Below are positions 37,833-47,920 of a stretch of 64,000 nt of DNA, one piece after another; the first letter of the stretch is position 1; each line of letters begins with the position of its first letter. Location: positions 140,923-204,922 of the forward strand of contig LBYD01000001.1 of NCBI GenBank assembly GCA_000995965.1, written 5' to 3'. The stretch is from Candidatus Moranbacteria bacterium GW2011_GWC2_40_12. Its GTDB lineage: Bacteria; Patescibacteriota; Minisyncoccia; Moranbacterales; UBA11712. A program made the position numbers and the translations under genes. Under the pieces are notes generated by a model that was not told the origin of the DNA, did not search any database, and saw only the letters and a program-made list of their open reading frames with translations.

Positions 37833-39029
37833 CTACCGCTTTATTTTCACCGGAGGAATCCGGCTGGAAGCAAGAGATAAGCTGACCGGTATTCCTGTCA
37901 GCACCGCTATCCCCGTTATCATGAACATTATTTTTATATGGAAAATATAGACGATCGGGGTGGCAATAAGAGCCCCGATTATATAGGCCATGGGACGGAC
38001 AGTTCGGAAAAAATCGGTGACATCGACATCCGACTGATCAATGCGCTTATAGAAATAGGAATCCCGAAGAATCTCAATGACGCTTGCTCCGATCCGGGTT
38101 GAAAACAGCATTGCCGCCCAAACAGCCGCGCTCGTCGAGTCGATGAAATACAAGGCAAGCGTGGAAAAACCCATGACAAGAAGCGCCCCCGCCATCATAT
38201 CGCTTTCCTCGTATTTCGTGTCAGCCAGATATCCAGCGGCGTATTGAAACATCACAAATGGCAAAAGCATCACCGTGAATATTTTTCCGATTTGAAACCA
38301 ATCGAAGCCAAGATTCAAAAGATAAAGCGGCGTGTAGATAACCATAAGGGCATAAAAAAATTCCAGCAGAAACGAAACGTAATAGGCTTTCATTATATTT
38401 TTGCGGGCGAAAATCCTCTTGAGCATCGGGACCAGTTGCGTTTTTTTGATCGGGCAATGGTCGACATTTCCGACCCGCGTTGAAACGACAAGAAAAACTG
38501 AAAAGAGAATAACGAAAGAAACAGCAAAGGCCGATTGGAAACCAAAACGGCTGACCAGAAGGCCTGAAAAAAACGGGGCGACAAGATAACCGGCGTTTTC
38601 GATGGTGAGATAAAGCCCCCGAATTTTTCCTGTCTTTTTGTCAACCGAGCAAGTTTCGAGAAGAATGTCCATATCCAACCAGCTGATAACGGTAAATGTG
38701 ATGTAAAAAACAAGCAGCCAGACCGTCCACAAGGAGGCCGGGAGAAGCATCAACAGAAAGCAAAGCGTCAATTTTATGCCAAGAGAAAGCTGGAAAACTC
38801 TTTTTTTTCCAACCAGACGGACCAATTGATGCCAATTGAGCATCAGAACGAGAGAAAGTCCGTAAGAAATGACATAAAACGGGGTGATATTTTCGCTCCT
38901 CAAGGCCACCTTGAAATAGTCCGACTCCAGATACAAAATAAAAGCCGAGGCGATGCCCAGGAGAAAAGTGCAGAAATAAAGGTATTTTAGAAGATTTTTG
39001 TCGAATCTTTCTTTGTGTGTTTGTTTCAT
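37833..39029 (-). CDS. MFS-type transporter (12 TM)
   Basis: Twelve hydrophobic helices in a 6+6 arrangement. 398 aa. Confidence 0.65.
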   Translation of the reverse strand: MKQTHKERFDKNLLKYLYFCTFLLGIASAFILYLESDYFKVALRSENITPFYVISYGLSLVLMLNWHQLVRLVGKKRVFQLSLGIKLTLCFLLMLLPASLWTVWLLVFYITFTVISWLDMDILLETCSVDKKTGKIRGLYLTIENAGYLVAPFFSGLLVSRFGFQSAFAVSFVILFSVFLVVSTRVGNVDHCPIKKTQLVPMLKRIFARKNIMKAYYVSFLLEFFYALMVIYTPLYLLNLGFDWFQIGKIFTVMLLPFVMFQYAAGYLADTKYEESDMMAGALLVMGFSTLALYFIDSTSAAVWAAMLFSTRIGASVIEILRDSYFYKRIDQSDVDVTDFFRTVRPMAYIIGALIATPIVYIFHIKIMFMITGIAVLTGIPVSLSLASSRIPPVKIKR

Positions 39030-39052
39030 ATCTTCCTTTAGGAAGGTCCGCT

Positions 39053-39089
39053 CTCAAAAATATTACAATCGTAGAGGTTTAACCTCTAC
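39053..39089 (-). terminator. Terminator candidate after aspS
   Basis: On the minus strand, GUAGAGGUUAAACCUCUAC perfect 8-bp hairpin followed by a U-rich tract. Confidence 0.45.
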
Positions 39090-39130
39090 AATTAAGCCGC
39101 TTTTATTTAGCGCTTAAAGAATTTTATAGC

Positions 39131-40513
39131 CTAGAATATTCTTTTTATATGGACTTCTTTCAGGGATTTGTCAGCCAATTCGCTCGGCGCGCCCATCATC
39201 AAATCTTCCGCTTCTCCCGTTTTTGGAAAAGCCATCACTTCACGGATATTCGGCTCACCCTGAAGGAGCATAACGAGCCGGTCAATGCCAGGAGCAATTC
39301 CGCCGTGCGGCGGAGCGCCATATTCGAATGCTTCGAGTATATGCCCGAATCTTTCCTGGATTGTTTTTTCATCAAGCCCCAAAATTTCAAATATTTTTTT
39401 CTGCAAGTCTCTTTTGTGAATTCGGATGCTGCCTCCGCCGATTTCAATGCCGTTGAGAACTATGTCATAGGCTTGGGCCCGCACTTTGTCGGGACTGCTG
39501 TCCAGAAGTTCCGTATCTTCGTCAACGGGAGCCGTAAAGGGATGATGGGAAGAAGCCAATTGCCCGTTTTTTTCTTTTTCAAAAAGCGGAAAGTTCAAAA
39601 TCCAGCAAAAAGCCAGTTCGTTGGAATTTTTTTTGTCCTCACGAAGATCCGGTTTATCTGTTCCGTATTTATCCATCACTTCTTCGTAGCTCAATTCCGG
39701 GAATGGGATTTTCGCAATTTTTTTCTCCGGAAAATATTTTTTTACGATTTCAATCAAACAATCTTCGTATATTTGCCTGATTTCTTTCTCGTCCGGGAAA
39801 CTCATCTCAACATCGAGCTGGGTAAACTCCGGCTGGCGGTCGCCTCTTTGGTCCTCATCGCGGAAACATTTGGCGATTTGAAAATATTTTTCCAAGCCCG
39901 CCACCATAAGAAGCTGTTTGAATTGCTGGGGAGACTGGGGAAGGACATAAAATTTCCCCTTGTGGAGCCGGGACGGCACAACGAATTCGCGCGCGCCTTC
40001 CGGCGTTCCTTTGGTGAGAATCGGCGTTTCAATTTCAAGGAATCCTTTTTCTGTGTAAAAATCCCGAATAAACTTCACGATTTTTGCCCGCATTTCAATA
40101 TTTTTCAGCATTCTCTCGGAGCGCAGGTCCAAATAGCGGTATTTCAGTCTTATCTCCTCATGAATATTGATAGTATTTTCCGTAATCTCGAAAGGCGGCG
40201 TTTTTGCTTCGTTCAAAATTTCAATATCCTCAACAGAAAGTTCGATTTTTCCCGTCTTGAGATTTGGATTCACCAGTTTTTCCGGGCGCTTGCTGATTTT
40301 TCCGGAGAAACTGACCACCCACTCCGGACGGATTTTTTTGGCTTCTTCATAATTTTTCGTCTGCGGAGCGATAATGCACTGCAAAACCCCGCTTCGGTCG
40401 CGAAGGTCGATGAAAATTATTTTTCCGTGGTCGCGGCGGACGTGTACCCAGCCGCTCACCTTCACGGTCTCGCCTATTTTATTGATTGTTTTGGAAATAA
40501 GAGTGCGTTGCAT
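39131..40513 (-). CDS. aspS: Aspartyl-tRNA synthetase, compact form lacking the GAD insertion (likely non-discriminating, archaeal-like)
   Basis: N-terminal OB fold ([26 protein letters not shown]). Class II motif 2 [20 protein letters not shown]. Motif 3 GGGSIRIH. Start at ATG (MQRTLIS); the ORF track uses an upstream TTG. Confidence 0.9.
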   Translation of the reverse strand: MQRTLISKTINKIGETVKVSGWVHVRRDHGKIIFIDLRDRSGVLQCIIAPQTKNYEEAKKIRPEWVVSFSGKISKRPEKLVNPNLKTGKIELSVEDIEILNEAKTPPFEITENTINIHEEIRLKYRYLDLRSERMLKNIEMRAKIVKFIRDFYTEKGFLEIETPILTKGTPEGAREFVVPSRLHKGKFYVLPQSPQQFKQLLMVAGLEKYFQIAKCFRDEDQRGDRQPEFTQLDVEMSFPDEKEIRQIYEDCLIEIVKKYFPEKKIAKIPFPELSYEEVMDKYGTDKPDLREDKKNSNELAFCWILNFPLFEKEKNGQLASSHHPFTAPVDEDTELLDSSPDKVRAQAYDIVLNGIEIGGGSIRIHKRDLQKKIFEILGLDEKTIQERFGHILEAFEYGAPPHGGIAPGIDRLVMLLQGEPNIREVMAFPKTGEAEDLMMGAPSELADKSLKEVHIKRIF

Positions 40514-40522
40514 ATTTCTTCC

Positions 40523-40581
40523 AAAGCTAAGCTTTTTCCTTTCCCGACTATTCGTCGGGAAATTCCTCAAAGCTTAGCTTT
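40523..40581. promoter_or_regulatory. 59-nt near-perfect hairpin spanning the stop of the REC-REC gene and the aspS 5' region
   Basis: AAAGCTAAGCTTT...CCCGAC-tattc-GTCGGG...AAAGCTTAGCTTT: a 13-bp outer stem and a 6-bp inner stem. Confidence 0.5.
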
Positions 40582-41385
40582 TATTAATTCCTTCACTTCT
40601 TTCGCCACTTCTCCGGGAGTGATTTGAGTTTTGATATAATATGCGTTCGCGCCTAGTTTAAGGGCCTTTTGCACTTCACTGTCAAGAGCGGAGTTGGATA
40701 GAATGATTATAGGAATATTTTTCGTGTTTTCATTTGCCCTCAATTCCTGAATAGCCTCAAATCCGTTCATAGCCGGCATCATCATGTCAAGCAAAATGCA
40801 ATCGAAACCGCCTTTCTCTGCCTCATTGAGTCCCCATTTTCCATTTTTTGCGGCCACAACTTCAAATCCCTCCTGTTTTAGCTTGTCGCCAAACATCTCA
40901 ATAAACACGTCTTCATCCTCGATGATGAGCACTTTATGTCCGTTTGATTCCGCCTTTAGCTCTGGCGCCGCTTCAGGAGCTCCAGAAACAGGTTCAGGCG
41001 CCGATAATTGAACCGCCGTGTGGCCAAGAATTTTTTTTACTTCCTCGGCCAGCTGCGAAGGAGTAAAATTGGATTTTGTCAAAAACCCGGCTGCGCCCAA
41101 ACCCGTCGCCCTTTCTATGTCTTCTTTAGCGGATAAGTTGCTGAAAACATAAACAGGAATGTCTTTGATACCCGGCTCTTTTTTGATGACTTCAAGAATT
41201 TCAAAACCATCCATGTCCGGAAGGACTACGTCCAACAGAACCAGATCCGGCTTCCACGCGATCATCTCATCCTTGACCGCTGTGCCATTCGTGCAAACTT
41301 TGACTTCAAAACCGGCATCCGTCATTTTCTTTTCATATATTTCGACAAGCATCGGATCATCTTCCACAATTAATATTTTTCCCAT
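40567..41385 (-). CDS. Tandem receiver-domain response regulator (REC-REC, no output domain)
   Basis: Two CheY-like domains ([11 protein letters not shown]...[12 protein letters not shown] and [11 protein letters not shown]...[12 protein letters not shown]). Confidence 0.8.
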   Translation of the reverse strand: MGKILIVEDDPMLVEIYEKKMTDAGFEVKVCTNGTAVKDEMIAWKPDLVLLDVVLPDMDGFEILEVIKKEPGIKDIPVYVFSNLSAKEDIERATGLGAAGFLTKSNFTPSQLAEEVKKILGHTAVQLSAPEPVSGAPEAAPELKAESNGHKVLIIEDEDVFIEMFGDKLKQEGFEVVAAKNGKWGLNEAEKGGFDCILLDMMMPAMNGFEAIQELRANENTKNIPIIILSNSALDSEVQKALKLGANAYYIKTQITPGEVAKEVKELIKAKL

Positions 41386-41412
41386 TTATTTTGAAATAAA
41401 AATTTATTTCCC

Positions 41413-42399
41413 TTATTTTTTGTATTTTTCTTTTTTTGCAAGATATATCTGGTCTTCAATGATTTTGCGGGTCGATTTGATCATGTCAGCGATGAAGGCG
41501 AATACCATAAACTGGATTCCGACAATCAAAAGGAAAGCGGCCAGCAGAAGAATGTTTCTAAAAGGCGTAATCTTGAAATCCTGAAAATACAAAATCGTGA
41601 AATATCCAAATAAGAGGAAAGAAACCAGAATCAGAGCGACTCCCGGTCCCCCAAAAAATCTCATGGGGCGCACATCACGAACCGCTTTCAGAATCAGGCG
41701 AATACTGTTGTTCACATAGCTGAAAATACTTTTCACGACTCGTGATTTTCTGCCTTCGAAATATGTCACTTCCACGGGAATCCAGCTAATCTTCAGATTT
41801 TTTCCTATGGCGTCAATGATTGTCTCCTGGGTATAGGTAAATCCTCCGACCGGATTGAGCCGGAGCAGGGCTTCGCGGCTATAACCTCTGAATCCGCAGG
41901 TTAAATCCTCAATCCTGCAATTCATGAATTTTCCGATTATCCAGGCGGCAATATAATTCAGCCATTTCTTGCTCCTTGGCATATTTTTGGCTTTTTTGCC
42001 GCCAAAGCGACTGGCGCTCACGAGTTCCGCTTCGCCTTTGATTATCGGTTCTATGATTTTTTCAATGTCACTGGGATTGAACTGGCCGTCTGCATCCATG
42101 TTCACCATTATATCGGCTCCGTTTTCCAGAGACTTTTCAATAGCAGTCCGAAAAGTGACACCGATTCCACGATTCACTTGGTGCGAAAAAACAAAATCGG
42201 CTCCGGCGTCTCGCGCCGTTTGGACCGTTTTATCCATTGATCCGTCGTCTATCACCTGAATAAAAACTTCACTCACGCCTTGTATCATTCGCGGTATTTT
42301 TTTGATTGTCGATCCGATTTTTATGTCCTCGTTATAGGCGGGCAGATTGACTATCAGTTTCATATTCTTGATTTTATCAGATTTTGAACTATTCTCCAA
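41413..42399 (-). CDS. Family 2 glycosyltransferase, polyprenyl-phosphate sugar synthase-like (DPM1/GtrB/ArnC-like) with C-terminal TM helices
   Basis: PAYNE...VIDDGS and DADGQ (DxD) GT-A motifs. Two C-terminal TM helices. Confidence 0.85.
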   Translation of the reverse strand: MENSSKSDKIKNMKLIVNLPAYNEDIKIGSTIKKIPRMIQGVSEVFIQVIDDGSMDKTVQTARDAGADFVFSHQVNRGIGVTFRTAIEKSLENGADIMVNMDADGQFNPSDIEKIIEPIIKGEAELVSASRFGGKKAKNMPRSKKWLNYIAAWIIGKFMNCRIEDLTCGFRGYSREALLRLNPVGGFTYTQETIIDAIGKNLKISWIPVEVTYFEGRKSRVVKSIFSYVNNSIRLILKAVRDVRPMRFFGGPGVALILVSFLLFGYFTILYFQDFKITPFRNILLLAAFLLIVGIQFMVFAFIADMIKSTRKIIEDQIYLAKKEKYKK

Positions 42400-42416
42400 T
42401 TTTGTGATCTGAATTT

Positions 42417-43700
42417 TTATCGGCCGATTCCTCTATAAATTATCCCCTGCTCCAGAATCTTTTCTTTATCGAGGCAATTTTTTCCGTCAATAATGACTTT
42501 TATGCCCCGCTCCTTGAATTTTTCCGGCGGAATATCGCTAAATTCCTTGTGATTCGTCGCGATAATCAGTGCTTCTGATTTTTCAAGAAGTTCATCAACG
42601 CTCTTCAGCGTGGATTTGCCTGGAACATATGGATCAAAAATATGAAGAAGCGCCTTTCGCTCTTCGAGAAGTTCGATAATTTTCAGCGCCGGACTTTCCC
42701 GCAGATCTCCGACATTAGCTTTATAAGAAACGCCCAAAACTCCAATGACACTGCCCTTATAAGCTTTTCCGACAAGATTCAGGGCATCCTGAAGCAATTC
42801 TACGGTATAAAGCGGCATACTGTTGTTTATTTCCCGCGCTACACGCAAAAATTTGTGGTCGAAGTTGAGCTCCTTGGCCTTCTCGATGAGATAATATGGA
42901 TCGACCGGAATACAATGGCCGCCGACTCCGCAGGAAGGCCAATGGGCCATGAAAGCAAATGGTTTCGTTGCCGCGCCCCTGATTACATTGGTCACATCTA
43001 TACCCATGAGATTGAAAGACTTTGCCAGTTCGTTCACAAAAGCAATGTTAATGTCCCGAAAAGAATTTTCCATTATTTTCGTGGCCTCAGCTTCAAAAAT
43101 ACTTTTCATGGGCATAATTTCGGCAAAGATAATGCTTCGATAAAATTCGAGCGCCCGTGCCAAACCTTTTTCCTCAAACGAACCAACGACACGGGGAATA
43201 TTCGTCACATTCCATTGCGGATCTCCGGGATTGATCCGTTCGGGACAATGAGCGATGAAAACATTTTTCCCAACTGAATATCCCGCTTTTTCAAAAATTG
43301 GTTTCACAACCTCGTCACAAACGCCAGGATTGATGGTTGATTCGACAATGACCAATGCTCCCGGTTTCAAATTTTTGGCAACCGTTTCCGATGCTGAAGC
43401 GACGAACCTCAAATCCGGAAAATATTTTTTGTCAACTGGGGTCGGAACGGCAATAATATTTATGTCGCAATTTCTTATTTCAGATTCATCGCGGATGACG
43501 TTTATTTTCACTTTTGGAATCATTTCATTCAGATATTCCTCCCCGACGATATTTTCCCCTTTTTCGATTCGCTTGAGCTTTTCTTCATCCTTGTCATAAC
43601 CGAAAACCTCGTATCCTTTTGCCGCGCACAAAACAGCCAGCGGAAAGCCGACATATCCAAGGCCGATTACGCAGACTTTTTGATTATTTTTTCCTTTCAT
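42417..43700 (-). CDS. UDP-glucose/GDP-mannose dehydrogenase family nucleotide-sugar dehydrogenase
   Basis: N-terminal Rossmann motif VIGLGYVGFPLA and the catalytic Cys region (GGHCIPVDP). 427 aa. Confidence 0.85.
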   Translation of the reverse strand: MKGKNNQKVCVIGLGYVGFPLAVLCAAKGYEVFGYDKDEEKLKRIEKGENIVGEEYLNEMIPKVKINVIRDESEIRNCDINIIAVPTPVDKKYFPDLRFVASASETVAKNLKPGALVIVESTINPGVCDEVVKPIFEKAGYSVGKNVFIAHCPERINPGDPQWNVTNIPRVVGSFEEKGLARALEFYRSIIFAEIMPMKSIFEAEATKIMENSFRDINIAFVNELAKSFNLMGIDVTNVIRGAATKPFAFMAHWPSCGVGGHCIPVDPYYLIEKAKELNFDHKFLRVAREINNSMPLYTVELLQDALNLVGKAYKGSVIGVLGVSYKANVGDLRESPALKIIELLEERKALLHIFDPYVPGKSTLKSVDELLEKSEALIIATNHKEFSDIPPEKFKERGIKVIIDGKNCLDKEKILEQGIIYRGIGR

Positions 43701-43767
43701 ATATAAAAAATAAGCTACTAAAGCTTATCTAATAATAGCCCAACTATCAAGAATTTGCAAGAAAACA

Positions 43768-43866
43768 TTACGGCTTTGCGGCAAGTGATGTTTGTTGTTT
43801 TTTATATTTTTCCAATCGGTCCTCGATTTCCAGAACTTTTCCTTTCAACCACTCAAATTCTTTCAT
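43768..43866 (-). CDS. Candidate 32-aa ORF (MKEFEWLKGKVLEIEDRLEKYKKQQTSLAAKP) downstream of the histidine kinase
   Basis: ATG-initiated tail of ORF 43768-44148; the rest of that ORF overlaps the kinase out of frame. Helical, charged. Confidence 0.15.
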   Translation of the reverse strand: MKEFEWLKGKVLEIEDRLEKYKKQQTSLAAKP

Positions 43867-43885
43867 GCTTACTTTATACAAAATA

Positions 43886-45532
43886 CTATCCAACCGGCAA
43901 TTCCAAAACAAATCGGCTTCCTTTCCCCTTCCCGGGAGATTCCGCCCAGATTTTGCCGTGGTGGGCTTCGACCATTTTTTTGCCAACATACATCCCAAGT
44001 CCCGTTCCGTCGGTGTGGTAGTGCGATACATCTTTTCCTCGTTCAAATTTGTTGAAGATATTCTCGAGTTCGTCCTTGTCCATTCCGATCCCGGTGTCAG
44101 AGACGGATACCCTGATGACATTTTTTTGTTCCCTTGTTTCATGGTCAAAGAAACTCCCTCTTTCTGCTCGCACCGTCACTCCGCCCTTCTGGGTATATTT
44201 AATGGCGTTATCAACCATGTTTGATATAACTTCTTTGATTTTCGTGATGTCAATTTTCAGTTTTGGCAATGCGACGGAAGGTTTTTGCCAATGGAGATAG
44301 AGTTTTTTGGCCTTGGCGGAAAGTTCAAGCGTGTCCGCGGCTTCCTGGACCAGATCTTCAATCTGGGCTTCCTGAAAGTCAAATTCCATTCTCCCAGCTT
44401 CCATTCGTGAGATATTCAAGAGATCTTCCACGAGTTGAATGAGCCTTTCGTTGGAAATATATATTTTCTCCAGCGCGTTTCTTTGCGTGTCGGGAAGCGG
44501 GCCGTATGTCCCCTCAAGAAGCAATGAACCAAAGCCCTTGATGGAAGTGAGCGGCGTGCGCAGCTGATGCGACGCAATGGAAATAAATTCGGATTTGGCT
44601 TTGTCAAGCTGGCGGAGCTTCGAATTGGCAACAGCCAGTTGGTTTGACATCTCTTGGAGCTCGTCCTTACGCTTTATTTCATTTAATACACTTCTTATCA
44701 TAAAAAACGAAAGAGTAGACAAAATTAAAAATAATGCTGTTTTGTAAATTCTTTGATAAAGATCTTCAGCAATAAAAACCTCAAACAATGAAGCACCCAT
44801 TATTAACACTGCCAAAAATTCAAATGCTATTACTTTAATGTTCATCCATCGATATTGAACGATTGCGTAGGTTGTAAAAGCTACGAATATTAGGGAACTA
44901 GGGACGTCAAAATCTGTCAGCTTAAGATAGTTAAATAAGGGCAATATAAAACTCAATAAAATACTGCAGCCCACATATAGCGAAAAACCTAAAAGGATAA
45001 GACGGGTTTGACTCCTTTCCTGTCCCGAAGATTGTCGAAGATAACGCCCGAGCTTGAAGATTACGAAAAAATAGGAAAATAGAAAGAAAATTACATAGAC
45101 AGAAAATAAAACGCCTGTATCCTGGTCGAAACCGCGCTCTATATTCTTTTTGATATTGTTTACAACAAGATCAGTCGCCAGGGGCAACACGGCTATAATT
45201 ATTCCAATCGCGAAAACTGATATCGACTTGTATTTTTTGACCTTACTTCGAGAAGTAAAAATAAGAACCCAAAAAATGATGGACGTCAGCACAAGCGCTC
45301 CTGCCGAATACGCCAGCCTGACAAAAATTGGAAAATCAGAACTATAAAGGAAAAAATTGCACAAAGCCCACAAAAAAGTCATTGCTGAAAAAAAGGCAAA
45401 CGCCACCCTTCCCCTTTTTTGCTCGCTGCCAAACAAAACAACCAGCCCTAAAATCAGATTAATTATGCCTGAAATGAGAATAATTATTTCCAGCATGATA
45501 AAATATAAAAAATAAAACCCCAGCATTCCCAT
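43886..45532 (-). CDS. Sensor histidine kinase with a multi-TM (about 7 TM) sensor domain
   Basis: H-box ASHQLRTPLTSI. N (NMVDNAIKYT), G1 (DTGIGM) and G2 (GTGLGM) boxes. Confidence 0.85.
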   Translation of the reverse strand: MGMLGFYFLYFIMLEIIILISGIINLILGLVVLFGSEQKRGRVAFAFFSAMTFLWALCNFFLYSSDFPIFVRLAYSAGALVLTSIIFWVLIFTSRSKVKKYKSISVFAIGIIIAVLPLATDLVVNNIKKNIERGFDQDTGVLFSVYVIFFLFSYFFVIFKLGRYLRQSSGQERSQTRLILLGFSLYVGCSILLSFILPLFNYLKLTDFDVPSSLIFVAFTTYAIVQYRWMNIKVIAFEFLAVLIMGASLFEVFIAEDLYQRIYKTALFLILSTLSFFMIRSVLNEIKRKDELQEMSNQLAVANSKLRQLDKAKSEFISIASHQLRTPLTSIKGFGSLLLEGTYGPLPDTQRNALEKIYISNERLIQLVEDLLNISRMEAGRMEFDFQEAQIEDLVQEAADTLELSAKAKKLYLHWQKPSVALPKLKIDITKIKEVISNMVDNAIKYTQKGGVTVRAERGSFFDHETREQKNVIRVSVSDTGIGMDKDELENIFNKFERGKDVSHYHTDGTGLGMYVGKKMVEAHHGKIWAESPGKGKGSRFVLELPVG

Positions 45533-45536
45533 AGTA

Positions 45537-45586
45537 CCACATTTCTGCGGTTATGGAAAAATACCGGGGTTTTTTGGGTGGCTAGC
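45537..45586 (-). terminator. Terminator candidate after the alpha-oxoamine synthase gene
   Basis: On the minus strand, AAAACCCCGG...CUGGGGUUUU extended hairpin with an inner CCAUA/UAUGG stem, followed by UUUUAUUUUUUAU. Confidence 0.4.
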
Positions 45587-46915
45587 CTAGAATTGAATTG
45601 TTTCACGAGCTTCCACCAGCTTCGAGGTGATTTCCTCCATCTCCTCAAAGGTCATGTCAGTGCAAACCGAAAACCGAATCAGTGCTTCCCCCCTTGGTAC
45701 GGCGGGGTGTTTGAACAGCGAGGCAATAATGCCCCTGCTCTCGAGGTACTTTTTGACTTCGTCGGCTTTTTGCTCGTTGCCGATTCTCACGGGAACGATA
45801 TGACTGCTTGATCCCATAAGGTCAAAACCATGAGCCTCGAGTGCTGTCTTTAGAACTTCCGACAGTAGGATCAGATTACGTCTCGCTTTTGCCCCTTCTT
45901 CGCCGCAGACGAAATCAATCGTCCTGACCAGCGATTCGGCCATCCACGGCGGAATCGGAGCGGAAAAGATGTATTGCGGCGAGCAGAATCTGAGGAACCA
46001 GGAAAGCTTTGCATTGCTGAGCGCAACATAACCTCCCAGGTGTGAAAACGCCTTTGTCAGCGTCCCCATGACGATGCACCGATCCGCATAGTTGCCGAAA
46101 TCCGGTAATGCCGAGGCAACGCCACACCCGGATTGTCCCACAACACCCATGGCATGAGCCTCATCCAGATATAAGAGGCAATCATATTCCTCCGCTATCT
46201 GGCAAAGCTCTTGGATGTCAAAAATTCTTCCAGTCGCCGAGGACAAGGTGTCCGTGGCGATCACCCGGACGGCTGGCGAGCCATTAAATTTGGACTTTGA
46301 CTTTTGGAGCATATTGCGCAATTGCTCCGTGTCTTTGTAAATCCACCCATAGCACCTGTCAGGCGCTTGGGCTTTTGCCAGCCTGACTCCATGCTGAATG
46401 GAGAAGTGGCTTTCCGTGTTCACGTAGAACAGGGTGGGAGTTTCCCTGGAAAGAAGCCCCATTTTCGTGTCCCGGACATACGGAACAAGGTGGGGAGTAT
46501 TCATGCGAAGACCCAAGGCCTGGATAATGTTTTCGTTAGCCGGATAACCAGCAGTGAAAATAATACTGTTATCCATTCCGTGGAGCCCGGCAACTTTTTT
46601 CTCGAGCGAAACCGTGGACTCCGTTTTCATGACAATTTGAGACGCGGGGCATCCGAGATCGTTTTGATCGATGCTCCGCTTCATGATTTTCTTAATTTCA
46701 ATGTTGGAGCCCAGTCCGAGGTAATCGAGTCTCGAGCAATCTAGCATTCTTTGCCCGCAGATGGTCAGATATTTTCCTCCAAATATTCCGTCGGCCATTG
46801 ATTGCGGATTAGCGATGTTGATCCGTGTCCCTTCGCGGGCAAATTCATCAGCCTCTCCGAGGAGAATGCTCAGGGAATTCTTTTCTGTTTTCTTGGTTTT
46901 TCTCACGATTTGCAT
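45587..46915 (-). CDS. PLP-dependent alpha-oxoamine synthase family acyltransferase (BioF/Kbl/serine palmitoyltransferase-like)
   Basis: GTLTKAFSHLGGYV PLP-lysine motif and class II aminotransferase fold. N-terminal extension of about 45 aa. 442 aa. Confidence 0.8.
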   Translation of the reverse strand: MQIVRKTKKTEKNSLSILLGEADEFAREGTRINIANPQSMADGIFGGKYLTICGQRMLDCSRLDYLGLGSNIEIKKIMKRSIDQNDLGCPASQIVMKTESTVSLEKKVAGLHGMDNSIIFTAGYPANENIIQALGLRMNTPHLVPYVRDTKMGLLSRETPTLFYVNTESHFSIQHGVRLAKAQAPDRCYGWIYKDTEQLRNMLQKSKSKFNGSPAVRVIATDTLSSATGRIFDIQELCQIAEEYDCLLYLDEAHAMGVVGQSGCGVASALPDFGNYADRCIVMGTLTKAFSHLGGYVALSNAKLSWFLRFCSPQYIFSAPIPPWMAESLVRTIDFVCGEEGAKARRNLILLSEVLKTALEAHGFDLMGSSSHIVPVRIGNEQKADEVKKYLESRGIIASLFKHPAVPRGEALIRFSVCTDMTFEEMEEITSKLVEARETIQF

Positions 46916-46917
46916 TT

Positions 46918-47502
46918 TCAGCCTCCCATAATCAGCCCGCAGGCCGATAGATTTGACAAGAATGGTTTCACATATTTATCCCAGGTGAAAAGTCCTACGC
47001 CTGTCCAGACAGAAACCCAGAATAAGGCCGACAAGACAGCTCCGGGAATTATATAGGCCAGATTTTGCAGCAGGTTGTTTTTCTTCCTCAGGATAATCGT
47101 GGAAACAAAAGGGCCGAAAATAATGGGCACCACCAAATAAACCGCCCAAAAACCTCCCTTTTGAAGAATCCAGGCAATGAATCTTTTGAAGATTTTATGC
47201 CGGGTAATTCTGTTTTCACGATTTATGAAATTGTTAATTTTGCCCATGGAAAGCATATCCCAATCATATTTTCTTTCACAAAACGAATGGAGATATACCG
47301 CTCCCACAGAGACCAAAAAAAGGATTGCGAACATAATCGCCGTTCCTTTGAAAAATCCGAAGGTATTGGCAACTATGTAGCAAAGGCCGTCGTAAAGATG
47401 ATAAACAGGAAAAAGAATTGATAGAACGATTAAATTGCGAATTTTCTTGCACCAAACTAAAAGAAAGTGCAATTTATTTGCCGCGATTGATTCAGTTGTC
47501 AA
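46918..47502 (-). CDS. Hypothetical polytopic membrane protein (194 aa)
   Basis: Four or five hydrophobic helices. 2-nt spacing to the upstream alpha-oxoamine synthase gene. Confidence 0.5.
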   Translation of the reverse strand: MTTESIAANKLHFLLVWCKKIRNLIVLSILFPVYHLYDGLCYIVANTFGFFKGTAIMFAILFLVSVGAVYLHSFCERKYDWDMLSMGKINNFINRENRITRHKIFKRFIAWILQKGGFWAVYLVVPIIFGPFVSTIILRKKNNLLQNLAYIIPGAVLSALFWVSVWTGVGLFTWDKYVKPFLSNLSACGLIMGG

Positions 47503-47643
47503 GGTTCTGCACCTCCTTTTTTTATTTGTGGCGCTTATATTACCACATAAAAGCGTTCAATTCCACTTAAGCGCTTTTATGTCGCAAATTAATTTGAAAA
47601 ATGGGTGGCCCCGGAACGCGCTGCGCTCCGAGGCCCATGTCAA

Positions 47644-47907
47644 CTATTTTGCTTTTTCGAAGATAACAGCAGCGACCGTTGGGTTCCAACCAGGAGTTAC
47701 AGAAATTGAGATCCGGATCGGTTGATATCCGGGATTATTTTCAAGCCACTGGTCAACACATTTTTGTAAGCTCTTAGCGACATCGGGGGGAGCCACTCCA
47801 AAGAATGCCACCTTCGTTTCACCTGCTTCTGCGAGTCTAGCGAAACCAACTCCCGCCAAAACCAGAACTACAACCACTACCAATTTCATTCCTTTCGATA
47901 ACTTCAT
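47644..47907 (-). CDS. Small secreted protein (signal peptide)
   Basis: MKLVVVVVLVLAGVGFARLAEA signal-like N-terminus. Elevated GC. Confidence 0.45.
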   Translation of the reverse strand: MKLSKGMKLVVVVVLVLAGVGFARLAEAGETKVAFFGVAPPDVAKSLQKCVDQWLENNPGYQPIRISISVTPGWNPTVAAVIFEKAK

Positions 47908-47920
47908 GATAAAGTCCTCC

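Noticed and set aside
39149-40627. 492-aa plus-strand ORF
   Set aside because: Exactly antisense to aspS, whose homology is unambiguous. The translated product is F/R-rich low-complexity sequence with no motifs.
43768-44148. 126-aa minus-strand ORF
   Set aside because: Its first 260 nt overlap the histidine kinase in another frame. Only the 32-aa ATG-initiated tail after the kinase stop was kept, as a low-confidence candidate.
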